Below, one piece after another: positions 48,969 through 59,399 of a stretch of DNA of 64,000 bases. The notes beneath the pieces were generated by a model. That model made no database searches. It saw only the letters and a list, made by a program, of their open reading frames with translations, and was not told where the DNA came from. Within the stretch, counting starts at the first letter, position 1, and each line of letters begins with the position of its first letter. The translations under genes and the position numbers were made by a program. The stretch is from a bacterium (GTDB taxonomy: Bacteria > Electryoneota > JAOADG01), in contig OY820579.1 of NCBI GenBank assembly GCA_963681965.1, positions 2,144,001 through 2,208,000 on the forward strand, given 5' to 3'.

Positions 48969-49172
48969 GTAGGGGCGGACCCCCGTGTCCGCCCGCAGCT
49001 TGTATCTTTTCTTTCCTAACTCCCACCGCCTATCTCCCAATGCCCTTTTTTGTCATTGCGAACGAAGCGCGCCCGGCGCGCGTAGTGTGGCAATCTATTT
49101 TGTGAAATAAAAAAACGCGGGCTAGCAGCCCGCGCTAAAAAAATGGGTCGAAATAAATTCCGACCCACACAC
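48969..49172. repeat. Intergenic cluster of REP-like palindromes and a terminator
   Basis: GTAGGGGCGGACCCCCGTGTCCGCCC (48969, identical to 32481), TGTCATTGCGAACGAAGC...GTGGCAATCT (49051-49096), CGCGGGCTAGCAGCCCGCG hairpin, TGGGTCGAAATAAATTCCGACCCA. Confidence 0.65.
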
Positions 49173-49194
49173 ACCAAAATAAAAAAAGAAAAAA

Positions 49195-50280
49195 TTAATC
49201 AGCCGCGGCAGCAACCTCATACTCGGCAACGAGCGAATCGATCAACTCCTTCACCGAAACAATTTTATTGACGCGATATGCATTCAATCCGGCAAACGGA
49301 AAACCGTGTTTGAAATTTCCCTTTTTCGCATTCATCAGTGCCAGCGCGATGCAGTACGGACTGTTCTCCAAATCGCAAGTGATGATGCAATGATAAGGAC
49401 ACTGCAACGGCATCTTCTCGCCGCGATTCACCTTGTCGATAAAACCGTTCCGAATCACGCGCCCCGGCATCCCGACCGGGCTCTTGATAATCGTGATGTC
49501 GTCGGCGGTACAATCGAGATAGGTCTGTTTGAAATCGTCGGAAGCATCGCACTCGAAGGTCGCGACAAATCGCGTTGCCATCTGCACACCGGCAGCGCCA
49601 AGCTGCATGAATTTATGAATATCCGCACCAGTGTAAATTCCGCCGCCGGCAATCACCGGAATCGGTTTTCCAGAATCGACAGAAAATGGTTTGACGGCTT
49701 CGATCACGTCGGGAACGATTTTTTCCAGTGCGAAATCGGGATTGTCGATCTGATCGAGCTTGAATCCAAGGTGACCGCCTGCCTTGGGTCCTTCAACCAC
49801 GACGGCATCGGGCAGATAATGGAATTTTTCCAACCACCGTTTGCAGATGATCGCAGCAGCGCGACCGGAAGAGACGATTGGTACCAATTTAGTTTGCGAA
49901 TCGGGGGTCAAATATTGCGGGAGATTGAGCGGTAAACCGGCACCGGAAAAGATGATGTCGACTTTTTCTTCCAATGCCACGCGGACAACTTCGGCGTAGT
50001 TCGTCAGGGCAACCATAATGTTGACCCCGAGAATACCTTTCGAGGCTGCGCGGAATTTGCGGATTTCGGTGCGGAATGCACGGAGATTGGCTTCGATGAA
50101 ATCGGAAAAATAATCCGTCTCATCGCAACCGATGCCCGCTGTGGCGATAACGCCGATGCCCCCTTCGTTGGCAACTGCCGCCGAAAGTCCGGACAACGAG
50201 ATTCCTACACCCATCCCGCCCTGAACAATGGGGATACGGGCAATCAAGTTACCCAACGATAATGAACTTAACTTATTCAC
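49195..50280 (-). CDS. Nitronate monooxygenase family flavoprotein (FabK/FabX-like) with Cys cluster
   Basis: PIVQGGMGVGIS, SGAGLP, EGPKAGGHLG, SPVGMPGR and CPYHCIITC...YCI motifs. Confidence 0.85.
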   Translation of the reverse strand: MNKLSSLSLGNLIARIPIVQGGMGVGISLSGLSAAVANEGGIGVIATAGIGCDETDYFSDFIEANLRAFRTEIRKFRAASKGILGVNIMVALTNYAEVVRVALEEKVDIIFSGAGLPLNLPQYLTPDSQTKLVPIVSSGRAAAIICKRWLEKFHYLPDAVVVEGPKAGGHLGFKLDQIDNPDFALEKIVPDVIEAVKPFSVDSGKPIPVIAGGGIYTGADIHKFMQLGAAGVQMATRFVATFECDASDDFKQTYLDCTADDITIIKSPVGMPGRVIRNGFIDKVNRGEKMPLQCPYHCIITCDLENSPYCIALALMNAKKGNFKHGFPFAGLNAYRVNKIVSVKELIDSLVAEYEVAAAAD

Positions 50281-50797
50281 AGCCGATTCCCGTGCACATC
50301 TCTGAAGAAGTGTGCCTGTTTGCATCTGGCGTCAACGCTCAACCGAAAATCCAGAATCAATAAGCGATTTAAACCGGCTGGTCAGACGATGATGGGATAA
50401 TTTTCGTATGATCAAATCCTACAATGAGTCGAAGTATATGGTAGATTTCACGATTTCACAATTTGTGCGATCTCCTGACAAAAGATACGTAACTTCAACC
50501 GGAAAAGATAATACTCTATCAATCCGATAATACTTATTTTGTAATGTTATTCCCAAAAATACTTGCGTAAACAATGCAATATATTGTATAATCAACATGC
50601 CAAACAAAATTACCAATTCCATGTAGATCTCGAAAAAATTTGTGACTCAATCCTCGGACATTTTATCTTCAGATAACTGCATTGATATTATAGAACATAC
50701 AATCAGAACGCCGCATTTTTGAAATTAGCAGTTTAGAAATATTAGTATCGATACGATAATAATAGTGATAGTATTACTCTAAGTATGAGGAGTCGGC

Positions 50798-51955
50798 ATG
50801 AACTGGCTGGTCATCGGTTTGAATTATTTCAATCGTGAAATTCGGGAAGCGGGCGACGACTTCCGGTTTGTGCCGTGCCGAATCTCAAATGATGGCTTGA
50901 CCTACATTCCGCATGTCGTTACGAAATTGCGTAGCGAAGGTTTCCAACCCGATGCTGTGTTCCTTGGCGACTTCAGTGGACCTCCCGGTATCTATGGATT
51001 GGAGATGCTCGACATTCCTTCGGCATTCTTCTGCATCGATCCGCACTTTCATATCGACTGGTATCAATATTGGGCACAAGCATGGGACCTGATGCTTGTC
51101 GCTGAAAGCGATTACATCCCGCAGATGAAACTGGTCGCACCGTCAACCCCGACCGTGCGCTACCCGCTGTTCGGACGCAATGACGCGCCACCCGAACGTG
51201 AGCGCGACATTCCAGTGGCGTTCGTCGGCACGCGCGATAAAGATAAGATTCCCGAACGGGAGGAATTTTTCCTTGCACTGGAAAACCGGATTCCACTATC
51301 GCAACTGACTGGGGATTGGCGTGAACCGTATTCGCGGGCGAAGATTGTCGTCAATTTCGCGCAATACTACGATCTCAATTTCCGCCATTTCGAAGCGATG
51401 AGCAGTGGTGCGTTGCTGATTGCCGAACGGATCCAGAATGGGATGCCGGAGCTATTCAAAGACGGCGAGCATTTTGTTGGTTACGACTACCGGAATTGGG
51501 ATGAATTGGTTGACAAGGTGCACTATTATCTCGCACATGACGAGGAACGAGAGCGGATTGCGAAAGCCGGACAGGCGCTCGTTTTACAGCATCACACGCC
51601 GCGCGAACGTTACCGGCAATTGCGTGAATTGATTCAATCCCCGGAAGTAAAACAACGGTTGCGCGAACGACTAGCCGATCCTGTCAGCGCGCGCTATGGC
51701 GAGAGCGAAGCGTTTTCGCGTTATGGGAAGCGGCTGAACAAATTGCAGTTCAAATTGATTTTCGAGGGGATGGCGGCACGCGTTGTTTTACAGAATCCGG
51801 AAACAACCGATGCGGAGAAACTTGCATTATTCCAAACGTTCTCGCGGCAAGATGCACTCTCGTTTGCGATGAATCAATTTTCGCGCGATATCGGCGACGA
51901 TCCGGTGATGCAGCGCTCCATCGCGCTCTACAAAACCTTCCGTAGGCAGCATTAA
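50798..51955 (+). CDS. Glycosyltransferase (CgeB / Glyco_trans_1_2-like)
   Basis: VAFVG, YSRAKIVVN...DLNFRHFEAMSSGALL, LFKDGEH and ERERIAKAG motifs. GAGGAG RBS. Confidence 0.85.
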   Translation: MNWLVIGLNYFNREIREAGDDFRFVPCRISNDGLTYIPHVVTKLRSEGFQPDAVFLGDFSGPPGIYGLEMLDIPSAFFCIDPHFHIDWYQYWAQAWDLMLVAESDYIPQMKLVAPSTPTVRYPLFGRNDAPPERERDIPVAFVGTRDKDKIPEREEFFLALENRIPLSQLTGDWREPYSRAKIVVNFAQYYDLNFRHFEAMSSGALLIAERIQNGMPELFKDGEHFVGYDYRNWDELVDKVHYYLAHDEERERIAKAGQALVLQHHTPRERYRQLRELIQSPEVKQRLRERLADPVSARYGESEAFSRYGKRLNKLQFKLIFEGMAARVVLQNPETTDAEKLALFQTFSRQDALSFAMNQFSRDIGDDPVMQRSIALYKTFRRQH

Positions 51956-51965
51956 TTATTTTTAC

Positions 51966-52420
51966 GTAGTCGCAGGTTTCAGCTTTCATTCGTTTTGGTA
52001 GCGGCGGACTTTAGTCCGCACTTTTTTTTCTTTTTCATGTTCTTCATTTTTTTTACTCGCAATCAATATTCTTCGATTCATGTTTGATTTGTATCTTTCC
52101 CAACCACCCAACACCTACCACCCAATCCCCATCTTTTACGTAGCCGCAGGCTTTAGCCTGCGTTCATTTTTTATCTTGTATCCTGTAGTAGGGGCGGATC
52201 CCCGCATCCGCCAGTTCATTTTTTTGAATACTTTCAGTCCCGGAGTATCGATGTTTTCTAAGTGGAAGTTAGGCTTTAGCCTGACAATACTGAGCTGAAG
52301 CGGTGGACTAAAAGAGTCCGCGTTCTATTCTTCGCAGGTTCGCTCGCGAGACAACCGTGGGGTGATGCATAAAAAACGTCGGTAAAAAAAAACAAAAGTC
52401 AGGCTAAAGTCTAACCTCCA
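51966..52420. repeat. REP cluster (several GTAG/GTGG palindrome types) including an inverted pair
   Basis: GTAGTCGCAGG (51966), GTAGCGGCGGACTTTAGTCCGC (51998), GTAGCCGCAGGCTTTAGCCTGCG (52140), GTAGGGGCGGATCCCCGCATCCGCC (52188), inverted pair at 52262 / 52398-52420. Confidence 0.7.
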
Positions 52421-52441
52421 AAATATACTTCACACTGTGAA

Positions 52442-54601
52442 CTACTTCAACAACACCAGCTTTTGTGTCTGCGAAAACTCACCCGCTTGCAACCTTGCAA
52501 AATAGGTTCCCGAGGATAGCGACTTGCCATCGAAATGAACAACATACTCGCCGGGATTTTGGTGGAAATCGATCAGTTTTGCGACTTCACGACCGGTGAT
52601 ATCGAAAATTTTCAGCGATACTTTTCCTTCATGTGCGATCGAATATTTCAGCTCAGTAGTGGCATTGAAAGGATTGGGATAATTCGGTTTCAACTCGAAA
52701 CTCGCGGGTATCGATTCGCTACTGCGATCGACCACGCCGAGCGCTTGAGAACAGTCGTAGATACCGAATTCCTGACCGGCTGCCAAATAAACAGTATCGC
52801 CAGAAACAAGAATTCCTGAAGCTGGATCGAACGTATTATAGTATCCGACCAATCGCGGAGCAGCAGGATTGGCGATATTCACAACACTTAATCGATTCTG
52901 ATAATTCCCTCCCGGTCTCCCATTGGTAATAAATGCGTAGTTCCCGGAAACAGCAATATCATTCGCCCACCATCTTTGCGAGTACGAACCTACAATCGTT
53001 GGTGCACCGGGATTGTTAACATTTAAAATAGTTAGACCGGATCCATTGACGATATAGACGAAATTGTTTTGTACCGCAAACGACTGATTGAAAAATGAAT
53101 AAGTTGAATCGATCAGAACGGGATGAGCTGGATTGGCAATGTTATAGATTCGAAGTGGATATTCAGAACCACCGAGATAAGCATAGTCACCGTTTACCAC
53201 GATCTTATACGGAAACCAATTAAAAGCTAACGAACACACGATGGCTGGCGCAGTTGGTATCGCGAGATCGACGATGCAGAACTTGCGATTCTCTCCCACG
53301 ATGTATGCATAATGCCCGGATACTGCGATATCATGCATCAAATCATGCTGCGTGAGCATAGTATCGGGTGGTCGTGTCGCAAGTGAATCGAGGTGATAAA
53401 TCAGACCTTGATGGTAATCGGTTGCATAAAGGTAATTATTGTAAATTGCCATTCCAGTTATGGGATCATTTGTTGAAGCATATCCGGTGGAAACCAATGA
53501 ATCATTGGCATCGATTTCGGCAAATTCCAATCCACGATTGTAACCCCCGATCAAAAATCGATTCCCACTGCGAATGAGCGTGGTTGCGTAACCGGGACGG
53601 CAAAACTCACCGACAACGCAGGCAGAATCAGGATTGGTAATATCTACGATGCATAAACCGGTATGTCCGGTAGCTAAGTATAGATAATTGCCTGCAATCG
53701 CCATATCGGCAATGGGTCCAGTTTACACGTCGGCGATATAAGTCGGGTGATTGAGATCCGCGATATTGAATATCGCAAATCCGGCGCTATCGCTAGCTAC
53801 ATACAAATAATTACCAGAGATTTGAAATGATAGTCCGAGAATATTGTATAATTCGAAATTCGAACGTAAAGTCAGAGTATGTGACGTTGATATATCGAAT
53901 ATTAGATAATTCATATCTCCGGATGCGAGAAGAAGATTCCCGAATTTTGCCAGATGACGAATATTCCCGCCATTAACTAGACTGTAGTGCCCACATACTG
54001 CCATTGAATCCAGATTGTGAATATCGACAATTCGGATACCGCTATCGCCTGCAGCAGTGAAGATATAATCACCATCGACTACTAAATCGTACGTCGTTCC
54101 GGGCATCGCAAAGTTGCGCAGTATCACCGGATGGGTGGGATCGCTGACATTGATTCCACGCAATCCACTTGTTCCCATAGTTATATAGACAATTGTATCG
54201 ATAACCGCCATTCTGGATGAAAATGGTGAAAGAGCAATGCAATTGAGTGGAACGATTGTTCTTGGATTACGAACGTCATAGACTTGTATTTGGCTGGGAT
54301 TGTTTTACATCAGGTAGAGGTAATTCCCGTCAAGAGCTGTCTGGGTGATATTTCCGGTGTAAGGACACGATCCAATAACTCGCGGTGTTGTCGGCGCGGA
54401 GATATCAATGGCTTGGATGCCGAGCTTGCCATTTGCCACATAAGCGATGTCGCCATGAACAATGACGGCTTGTGTGTTGGCAAAATATAGTCGCTGCAAA
54501 CACCGGACCCCGCTGCTATCCTGTGCCCAAGAGTTTCCGATGAGCATACCGCTAATCATAATGATGAATAGCACTTGGAATAATCTAGCATTCAGTTTCA
54601 T
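52442..54601 (-). pseudogene. LVIVD-repeat beta-propeller T9SS cargo protein with two in-frame TAA stops
   Basis: ORFs 54305..54601, 53723..54211 and 52442..53704 share one frame (720 codons). Signal peptide, GNYLYL...GL.IVDI.NP repeats, PNYPNPFN CTD. Stops at 54305-54307 and 53723-53725. Confidence 0.85.
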
Positions 54602-54789
54602 CGAAACTCCGACAATGACAGTTTCCCAAGCAGGATCGAAAAAAGTTGATTATTAATAATAATGTCGGCATGAACTACACGAAATGCAATCGAAATCGCA
54701 CCTTTCACCAAAAAAGTAGATGACTTTCTACGACCGTTACTCCCATAAAATTGCGTAAATCCCCCGTTTCCAAAAAGTCGCGTCGTCGC

Positions 54790-54818
54790 TTGTAAAGAAT
54801 CCCCGACTGTTCTATCTT
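54790..54818 (+). promoter_or_regulatory. Promoter of the ruvA operon, probably giving leaderless mRNA
   Basis: TTGTAA-17 nt-TATCTT, 7 nt before the ATG, with no SD sequence. Confidence 0.55.
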
Positions 54819-54825
54819 TGTTCCC

Positions 54826-55413
54826 ATGTACGATCGACTCACAGGAACCGTAGTGCTCCGCGAACCGGCACAAATAGTGCTGGATGTCCACGGCATCGGC
54901 TTTTCGCTGACCATTCCGCTCTCCACCTTCGATGTGGTCCCTGCACCCGGCGCGATTTGCACACTGCTCTGCTGGCTTCACGTCCGCGAAGATCAACTCG
55001 CGCTGTTCGGCTTCGCCACCGCCGACGAACGGCAGTGGTTTCAGAAACTGATCGCGCTGCCCGGCATCGGTCCAAAGCTCGCCATCGGCATCCTCTCCGG
55101 TATCCGGATCGGAGATTTCCGCGAAGCGGTACTCAACGGCGACGTCAAACGCCTCAAGAGCATCTCCGGAGTCGGTGAGAAACTGGCGCAACGAATCGCG
55201 CTGGAACTTCGTTCTGCCGTCACCGGATCGGCACCGATCGCACCGACAAACTTGCAACCCGCCGCCGCCGGGGTCTATCAGGATGCGGTACAGGCATTGG
55301 AGACACTCGGCATTGCCCGTGTCGTCGCCGAAAAGAATGTCGCGAAAGTGTTAAAAGAGCATCCCGATCTAGGGGTCAGCGATGCCGTCCAGAAAGCGCT
55401 AAGCAATGGCTGA
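54826..55413 (+). CDS. ruvA: Holliday junction branch migration protein RuvA
   Basis: [13 protein letters not shown]...LFGF, GIGPKLA and [14 protein letters not shown] motifs. Confidence 0.96.
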   Translation: MYDRLTGTVVLREPAQIVLDVHGIGFSLTIPLSTFDVVPAPGAICTLLCWLHVREDQLALFGFATADERQWFQKLIALPGIGPKLAIGILSGIRIGDFREAVLNGDVKRLKSISGVGEKLAQRIALELRSAVTGSAPIAPTNLQPAAAGVYQDAVQALETLGIARVVAEKNVAKVLKEHPDLGVSDAVQKALSNG

Positions 55414-56443
55414 CGCACCGGAAAATGCTCGCCAGAATCCCATCCTAACGGCTTCGCCCGACGATGCGCAGTGGGATGTTCAGCTCCGTCCGTCGCGCCT
55501 TTCGGAATTTGTCGGTCAGAATAAAATCAAAGACAATCTCAGTGTTTTCATCCAAGCTGCTAAAGAGCGCGGGGAAGCGCTTGACCACGTCTTGTTCAGC
55601 GGTCCTCCTGGCTTGGGTAAAACCACACTCGCGTCGATCGTCGCCAATGAACTCGGTGTCGACTTTCGTTCGACCTCCGGACCGACATTGGAACGCCCCG
55701 CCGATCTGGCAGGGATCTTGACCTCGCTTTCGCCCCGATCCATCCTGTTTATCGATGAAATCCACCGCTTGAATCCGATTGTCGAAGAGTATCTATATCC
55801 CGCTCTGGAAGATTTCCGGATCGATATTGTGATCGATAAAGGTCCAGCGGCACGCACAATTCAACTCAACCTTCCGCCCTTCACCATGATTGGCGCCACG
55901 ACCCGCGCGGGATTGTTGACGGCGCCGTTGCGCGCCCGGTTCGGGGTCTCGGCGCGACTTGACTATTATCACGCATCCGATTTGGCAAAAATCGTTCATC
56001 GCAGTGCGAAACTCCTATCGGTCACAGTCGATAGTGCCGCTTCCACCGAAATCGCCAGCCGCTCGCGCGGTACACCGCGAATTGCCAACCGTCTGCTTCG
56101 TCGATTGCGCGACTTTGCACAAGTCGAAGGGAATGGAAACATCGATCTGACTTTGGCGAAACGCAGCCTGCACCGTCTCGATATCGATGAAGCCGGTCTC
56201 GACGATATGGACAAACGAATCCTGCAAGCCTTGATTCAGAAATTCGGCGGGGGTCCTGTAGGATTAACGACAATCGCGGTCGCAGTCGGGGAAGATGCCG
56301 GCACGATCGAAGAAGTGTACGAACCGTTCCTGATTCAGGAAGGATTCCTCGCACGAACCCCGCGCGGACGGGTTGCAACCGATCTCGCCTATCGTCACCT
56401 CGGACAAAAACGAACCGGTGGATCGCAGGAGACATTGCTTTGA
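55406..56443 (+). CDS. ruvB: Holliday junction branch migration ATPase RuvB
   Basis: [36 protein letters not shown] and [13 protein letters not shown] motifs. Confidence 0.98.
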   Translation: MADAPENARQNPILTASPDDAQWDVQLRPSRLSEFVGQNKIKDNLSVFIQAAKERGEALDHVLFSGPPGLGKTTLASIVANELGVDFRSTSGPTLERPADLAGILTSLSPRSILFIDEIHRLNPIVEEYLYPALEDFRIDIVIDKGPAARTIQLNLPPFTMIGATTRAGLLTAPLRARFGVSARLDYYHASDLAKIVHRSAKLLSVTVDSAASTEIASRSRGTPRIANRLLRRLRDFAQVEGNGNIDLTLAKRSLHRLDIDEAGLDDMDKRILQALIQKFGGGPVGLTTIAVAVGEDAGTIEEVYEPFLIQEGFLARTPRGRVATDLAYRHLGQKRTGGSQETLL

Positions 56444-57552
56444 CCGATGTACTAGAAAATAATCTGCTCGATCCCGAATTGTCGTTGGAACGATTTAATT
56501 TCGATTTACCACCGGATCACATCGCACAGCAACCGGTGGAACCGCGCGATAACGCAAAGCTGTTGGTCTTTCGACGCGATACCGGGGAGCTGACCCATCA
56601 TCGCGTGTTCGAATTGCCCGAGCTGCTCAATCCCGGCGACCTACTTATTCGCAATAACAGCAAAGTGATTCCTGCCCGATTGCACACCACCGGCAAAGGT
56701 GGCGGTAAAATCGAGATTCTGTTGGCAGAACCTCTTTCTGAACCGGGAAACGATAGCTATAAAACCGCGCTGAATGGCTACGGTATCAGCAAATGGCGGA
56801 TCTTGGCGAAGCCGTCACGACGCTTCCGAATCGGCGACACTTTCCAATTAGCGGGTGGTGCCGAACTGACGGTCGATGCGATTCGCAATCGCGGCGAGCG
56901 CTTTGTGACGATTAAATTGCACGAGCGAATTCGATTTCTCGATTGGTTGACGCAATTCGGCGAAATCCCGCTGCCACCGTATATCGATCGAACCGCGACC
57001 GAAGCCGACCGTATGCGCTATCAAACTGTCTTTGCCGATCCTGCCGGATCGGTCGCTGCTCCGACAGCGGGATTGCATTTTACTCCGGAACTCGAAACCC
57101 GACTGCACCAGCGCGGAATCGAATTTGCCGATCTAACGCTGCATGTCGGCTTGGGCACATTCCAGCCGGTACGAGCCGAATCGATCGATCAACATCGCAT
57201 TCTACCGGAATGGGTCGAGGTCCCCGAAACCGTGATCCAGCAAATTCGCGCAGCACGCGCTCGCAATGGCAGAATTATTGCAGTCGGAACGACTTCAACC
57301 CGCTCGCTCGAGCAGTGGGGTAAATCACCGGACAGCAATCAATATCAGGGGTGGTGCGATTTGTATTTGCGTCCCGGACACCATTTTCAAGTGGTTCAGG
57401 GACTGATGACCAATTTTCATCTACCGAAATCAAGCCTGTTTATCTTGATCAGCGCTTTCCTCGGTCGGGAAGTTGCACTCAAGATTTATCAGGAAGCGAT
57501 CCAACAAAATTACCGGTTCTATAGCTATGGCGACGCCTGCCTTTTCCTCTAG
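56440..57552 (+). CDS. queA: S-adenosylmethionine:tRNA ribosyltransferase-isomerase QueA
   Basis: [40 protein letters not shown] and FYSYGDA motifs. Confidence 0.97.
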   Translation: MTDVLENNLLDPELSLERFNFDLPPDHIAQQPVEPRDNAKLLVFRRDTGELTHHRVFELPELLNPGDLLIRNNSKVIPARLHTTGKGGGKIEILLAEPLSEPGNDSYKTALNGYGISKWRILAKPSRRFRIGDTFQLAGGAELTVDAIRNRGERFVTIKLHERIRFLDWLTQFGEIPLPPYIDRTATEADRMRYQTVFADPAGSVAAPTAGLHFTPELETRLHQRGIEFADLTLHVGLGTFQPVRAESIDQHRILPEWVEVPETVIQQIRAARARNGRIIAVGTTSTRSLEQWGKSPDSNQYQGWCDLYLRPGHHFQVVQGLMTNFHLPKSSLFILISAFLGREVALKIYQEAIQQNYRFYSYGDACLFL

Positions 57553-58744
57553 TAGTAAACGCGACACCGTCTGGGGAATTGTGGTCGGAGGTGGATCAGG
57601 TTCCCGCTTTGGTGCTTCTACTCCGAAACAATTTCTCCCGTTGGGTGATCGGCTGGTCATCGAATGGTCGATCGAAGCATTCTGCAATGCCGATTGCATT
57701 GACCGTTTGATCGTTGTGATTCCACCTGAAACCATTAATGAGTACGAGAAGAAATGGTATCGGTACGAACCGAAATTATTTGCGGTCGTAGCCGGTGGAC
57801 AGACTCGCTTTGAATCGGTGTCGAATGCACTGGCAGCGTTACCACCCGATGCGGAATATGTAATGATTCACGATGCCGCGCGTCCCGGTGTGCAAGTCGA
57901 TTTAATCGACACGGTTTTCAATGCGATGAAAATGTTTGGTGCGGCACTGCCAGTGCTGGAAATTCCCTCCACCGTAAAACGGGTGGAAGGGGGAATTATC
58001 CGCAACACCATCGACCGGAAACAGTTGCGTTTGGCACAGACCCCGCAGGGATTTCGCCTCGACCTGTTGCAGGCTGGGATCAAGGATGCCGGTGATTGGG
58101 CAAAAGAAGCGACCGACGAAATTCAGTTGGTCGAACAACTACCGGGTGTTACAGTGAATACTGTTCCGGGATCGAGTCTCAATGAAAAGATTACTGTCAA
58201 TCAAGACTTTTCTTCGGTGGTTGCCATGCTGACTTCTTCAACTAGTTCATCCACAGCCGAATTGCTCACGGGCATCGGTTATGACGTCCATCAATTTGCT
58301 GAAGGACGACCGTTGGTCATCGGCGGCATCAAATTCGATTCGCCGATCGGTCTACTGGGTCATAGCGATGCGGATGTATTGACGCACGCAATCGCCGATG
58401 CGATTCTTGGTGCGGCATCGATGGGTGATATCGGAACCCATTTTCCCGATTCCGATCCGACTTGGAAAGATGCCGACAGTATCGTGCTGCTCCGGCATGT
58501 TGCGAAAATTATCGAGAAATTCGGCTATATGGTCAGTCACATCGATTCGACACTCATCATGGAATCGCCGAAAGTGATGCCGCGACGGGAAGATATGTGC
58601 AATCGGATTGCCACCGCGTTGGGTATCGGTGCCAATCAGGTCTCGATTAAGGCAACCACCAACGAAGGGATCGGATTCATTGGACGCAAGGAAGGTGCGG
58701 CAGCGATCGCAATTGCGACCGTAAAACGGGGTCATCGTGGTTGA
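57527..58744 (+). CDS. ispDF: Bifunctional IspD/IspF (MEP cytidylyltransferase / MECDP synthase)
   Basis: GGSGSRFG..PKQF, IHDAARP and AQTPQGF (IspD); GIGYDVH, GHSDADV and GDIGTHFP (IspF). Confidence 0.95.
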   Translation: MATPAFSSSSKRDTVWGIVVGGGSGSRFGASTPKQFLPLGDRLVIEWSIEAFCNADCIDRLIVVIPPETINEYEKKWYRYEPKLFAVVAGGQTRFESVSNALAALPPDAEYVMIHDAARPGVQVDLIDTVFNAMKMFGAALPVLEIPSTVKRVEGGIIRNTIDRKQLRLAQTPQGFRLDLLQAGIKDAGDWAKEATDEIQLVEQLPGVTVNTVPGSSLNEKITVNQDFSSVVAMLTSSTSSSTAELLTGIGYDVHQFAEGRPLVIGGIKFDSPIGLLGHSDADVLTHAIADAILGAASMGDIGTHFPDSDPTWKDADSIVLLRHVAKIIEKFGYMVSHIDSTLIMESPKVMPRREDMCNRIATALGIGANQVSIKATTNEGIGFIGRKEGAAAIAIATVKRGHRG

Positions 58745-59399
58745 GCAGTATATCCTTGATATTGCACGATGGCTCGACAGTTTTCACGACTGGGTCATTT
58801 ATCTTGCAATCGCATTGATATCGTTCATCGAAAATCTCTTTCCTCCCTTTCCCGGCGATGTATTGACGGTATTCACCGGGATTTATGTCCGGCAAGGACG
58901 GATCGATTTCCTTCCGGCATACGCTTGGTCGGTGGTCGGCGCTACCTTCGGATATTACCTCCAATTCTTGATCTTCAGCTCGTTTGCTCACTGGCTCGAA
59001 CGCCCATGGTTCAAAAAATATTTTCCGGATACCGAGCATCGTCGCGTCGAAGTGCTGTTTGGTAAATTCGGTAATTGGTTGATCGTCGCCAATCGCTTTT
59101 TGTCCGGCATTCGCTCGATGATTGCACTCACCGCAGCGATCGCCAAATATCCGCGCACGCAATTCTTTTTCCTGACGCTGCTGGCTTGCGCGATGTACAA
59201 CTACGTATTGTTACTGCTCGGCTGGGCAATCGGCGGACGAGTGCATTCGATCGATCAGATGTTGGGACGATCGAAACATCTGCTGGAAACATTTGGTATT
59301 GTACCACTGATTTTTTCTGGTGCAGTGTTTATCTTTTTGATTGTTTATTTCATTCGCATGCATCGCTCGCGGAAAGGAACGAATGAGCGCGAGAGTTAG
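58737..59399 (+). CDS. DedA family membrane protein
   Basis: FIENLFPPFPGD and ANRFLSGIRS motifs, multiple TM helices. Confidence 0.88.
   Translation: MVEQYILDIARWLDSFHDWVIYLAIALISFIENLFPPFPGDVLTVFTGIYVRQGRIDFLPAYAWSVVGATFGYYLQFLIFSSFAHWLERPWFKKYFPDTEHRRVEVLFGKFGNWLIVANRFLSGIRSMIALTAAIAKYPRTQFFFLTLLACAMYNYVLLLLGWAIGGRVHSIDQMLGRSKHLLETFGIVPLIFSGAVFIFLIVYFIRMHRSRKGTNERES

Noticed and set aside
52442-54601. Alternative genetic code or stop-codon reassignment
   Set aside because: TAA, TAG and TGA all end conserved genes at expected positions (rpmE TAA, gltX TAG, ruvB TGA).
54713-54727. SOS/LexA operator upstream of ruvA (AAAGT-N5-ACTTT)
   Set aside because: A short palindrome that matches no LexA box I can name and is not seen elsewhere in the window.
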